A stretch of 64,000 nucleotides of DNA, from positions 2,976,001 to 3,040,000 of the forward strand of contig OZ251227.1 in assembly GCA_965240325.2 (NCBI GenBank), read 5' to 3'. Source of the stretch: Rebecca billardiae RCC1528 (Eukaryota; Protista; Haptophyta). Under the pieces are notes generated by a model. The model searched no databases, had not been told where the DNA came from, and was given only the letters and a program-made list of their open reading frames with translations. Positions 61,073-64,000 of the stretch are shown piece after piece. Position 1 is the first letter of the stretch. Every line of letters begins with the position of its first letter. A program made the translations under genes and the position numbers.

Positions 61073-62986
61073 CTGCGCGCGTGCTGGGCCGGACGGCGCG
61101 ACAGCGCGGGCGGTGGCGCGCGCGGGGGCGAGGCCAAGTCAGCAGGCATAAATATACAACTCCGGGCGCGGCGCGCGAGCCCCGCTGCCCCGAGCAAGGC
61201 GCGGGGGCGCAGCGCGCGCCGCGCGCGGCACGCCCACGCAGCATCGGCGTGACACGCTTGGCGTGCGTCGAATCCAAGCGTTGCTGCGGGCTGCCGCGCT
61301 CGCAGTTTAATCAGTACATCACCACGTTGCCATCGTTGCCATCTAGCACAGCGCGAAGCTGCACCGCCCGCCGGCGGAGGCTGTGCCCACCCTCGTCGCG
61401 CGGTACAGCAAGATCCTGTGGTCCGTCCAACCCCAGTGACCCGTCCCCCACATCCGCGAGCAGCAGCACGCGGCGATCTTCGGGAGGCTGCTCACGCGCG
61501 TCGCAGCGCACTACCGAGCCGTGGACGCGACCAAGCGGACCGATATCCAGGTCGAGGCCAGCGCGCTCGACGTCACTGCCATCGGCCTCGTTGCTGAGGA
61601 CCGCCAGTGTGTTGGCTGCGCGAGCTCGAGCTCCTATCTCATGTGCCGCTTGCCGCTCTGCGGCGCCGGCTGAGACTTCTTCGCGATCGCGTCTCTCACG
61701 GCGATCAAGCAAGGGCACGTGCTCGGCAGCTGGCGAGAGCAACACAGCGTCCGCGAGGTCAGCTGGGTTCTAGCTGCCAACGGCTTGCGCCCGCGCAACA
61801 CCTGACCGCAACGAGCGTCTGCCGGCACGCCGGTGTGGACGCTCGACTTCCAGCACCATTTCAGATGCCATCAAGTCTAGGGAGCAGGCCGTGTGTAGCG
61901 AGTGCTAGAATAAGGCAGACCGCTAGCTGCACTGCGCCCAGCCGCGAGCGCAGTGGTGCCCGTACGCGGCGCTGCGGCACGCACGCGGTGTGCGCGAGCG
62001 CTGCGCGGGCCACCGGCGTGGCCCCGCTGCCCGGGCCGTCCACTCGGCCGCGTGGCGCGCCGCACCCGGCCGTCGCATGGACCCGGCGAGTGCCAGAGCC
62101 GGCGAGCAGTCGTCTACGCTACATCACGGGCCAAGCAGTGGGTAGTCGCGAGCACGATGGACCAAGACGATCTTGCGATGTGGGCGCAGCGACGGCAACC
62201 TCACTTGGCACGCATCGGCGGCCTGAGCCGCCGGAGTGAACAAAGTCACAGACAAGGGGATGCGTGCGCGGATGCGTGCGTTGGGCTCGGTGCATTCGCG
62301 CGTACATTCTGACACCCACGCCAGCTTCCTCTTCTCCTCCGGCGCACACTGCTTGGGCAGCGCGGGCGCCGTGTGGCGCGAGCACCACGAGCTCACAGTC
62401 TGGCTGACTCGCGCGGCGTCGTGCCGTCTGCACGCACATGTGGCGCACACTACCTCGGGCGGTTCGAGCAATCCATGCGCGCACGCGAATACGCCATGGA
62501 CGCCGCGTCTCTCCCCCGCCCGTTCGGCCCCCGCGCGGCCCTGACTCGACTCGCACCCGTCCGCCGAGACCCAGCCCACTGCCCGCCGACTACCGAGGCT
62601 TTGGCAGCGGCTCTCGCGCCGGGGCGCCCTTTGCCGGGACGCTCCTTGTGGAACGCGAAGGTCGAGGGGTAGGTGAATAGGGCGGGCGGAGGTGATTCGA
62701 GGAATTGAAGGAACGACTTCATCAAGTGCCACTAATGATTTGCACCCGCGCGAAATACGTACTTACATTACTCCGACGGTACCGCGAGTAGCTTTGTGAA
62801 ATAGAGATCGGGACGGAAACCGCCGATTCGAACTTCTCCAAAATGTCCGCCCCTCCCACCCGGGAATCGTCGTGGTGATTATGACCGAGGCGAGTTACCG
62901 AGTCAAGGCTGCGCAGCCATCAGCACTCAGCAGCGGCGCAGCCTCGCTGCGACTGTGTAGAACTCTAGACAGCAGCAGAGAACAGG

Positions 62987-62987
<1 letters not shown>

Positions 62988-63024
<37 letters not shown>
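62988..63024. repeat. (TA)n microsatellite
   Basis: Direct reading. Confidence 0.95.
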
Positions 63025-63026
<2 letters not shown>

Positions 63027-63161
63027 CACAGACGGTGCATGCATGCATCATCGTCATATCATCGTCATCATATTATAGTCATCATATCATCATCATTTAT
63101 TGAATCATGCAGACCGTGCAGCATGCAGACTGCGTCAGGCAGCACGGGCCGGCCAGGCGCA

Positions 63162-63922
<761 letters not shown>

Positions 63923-64000
63923 CGACGCATGCTATGCATGTGCGCATCATGTATGAGTGTGCGCGTCGAGTACCAACGGCTACCCCGTAGCTTACCCGAC

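Overview
High-GC, gene-dense eukaryotic DNA with short GC-rich spliceosomal introns (mostly GTGCGC...CAG). This is consistent with a haptophyte alga such as a Pavlovales species, but that assignment is an inference. Bases 1-30 kb hold compact genes, often head-to-head: a VPS13/chorein-N gene (partial), an ARM/TM protein, a choline-transporter-like protein, a GT77 XEG113-like glycosyltransferase, a PET100-like protein, a DENN protein, a SAM methyltransferase, SDHAF3 and a BTB-BTB-nucleotidyltransferase-like protein. They also hold a 7-exon gene for a predicted ~1479-aa single-pass membrane protein with a LamG/cadherin-like ectodomain and an intact cytoplasmic glutaminase domain. That gene is bracketed by two related long-inverted-repeat (CAAGGG...CCCTTG) non-autonomous elements, one carrying a nested MITE. 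Bases ~31.1-56.4 kb are a ~25-kb homogeneous tandem array of a 218/230-bp monomer (~114 copies) with higher-order repeats, dense dyad symmetry and a degenerate hammerhead-ribozyme-like topology. The right end has a few poorly defined genes and a long (TA)n/(TATG)n microsatellite. Most ORFs in the supplied track are GC-driven or satellite artefacts.
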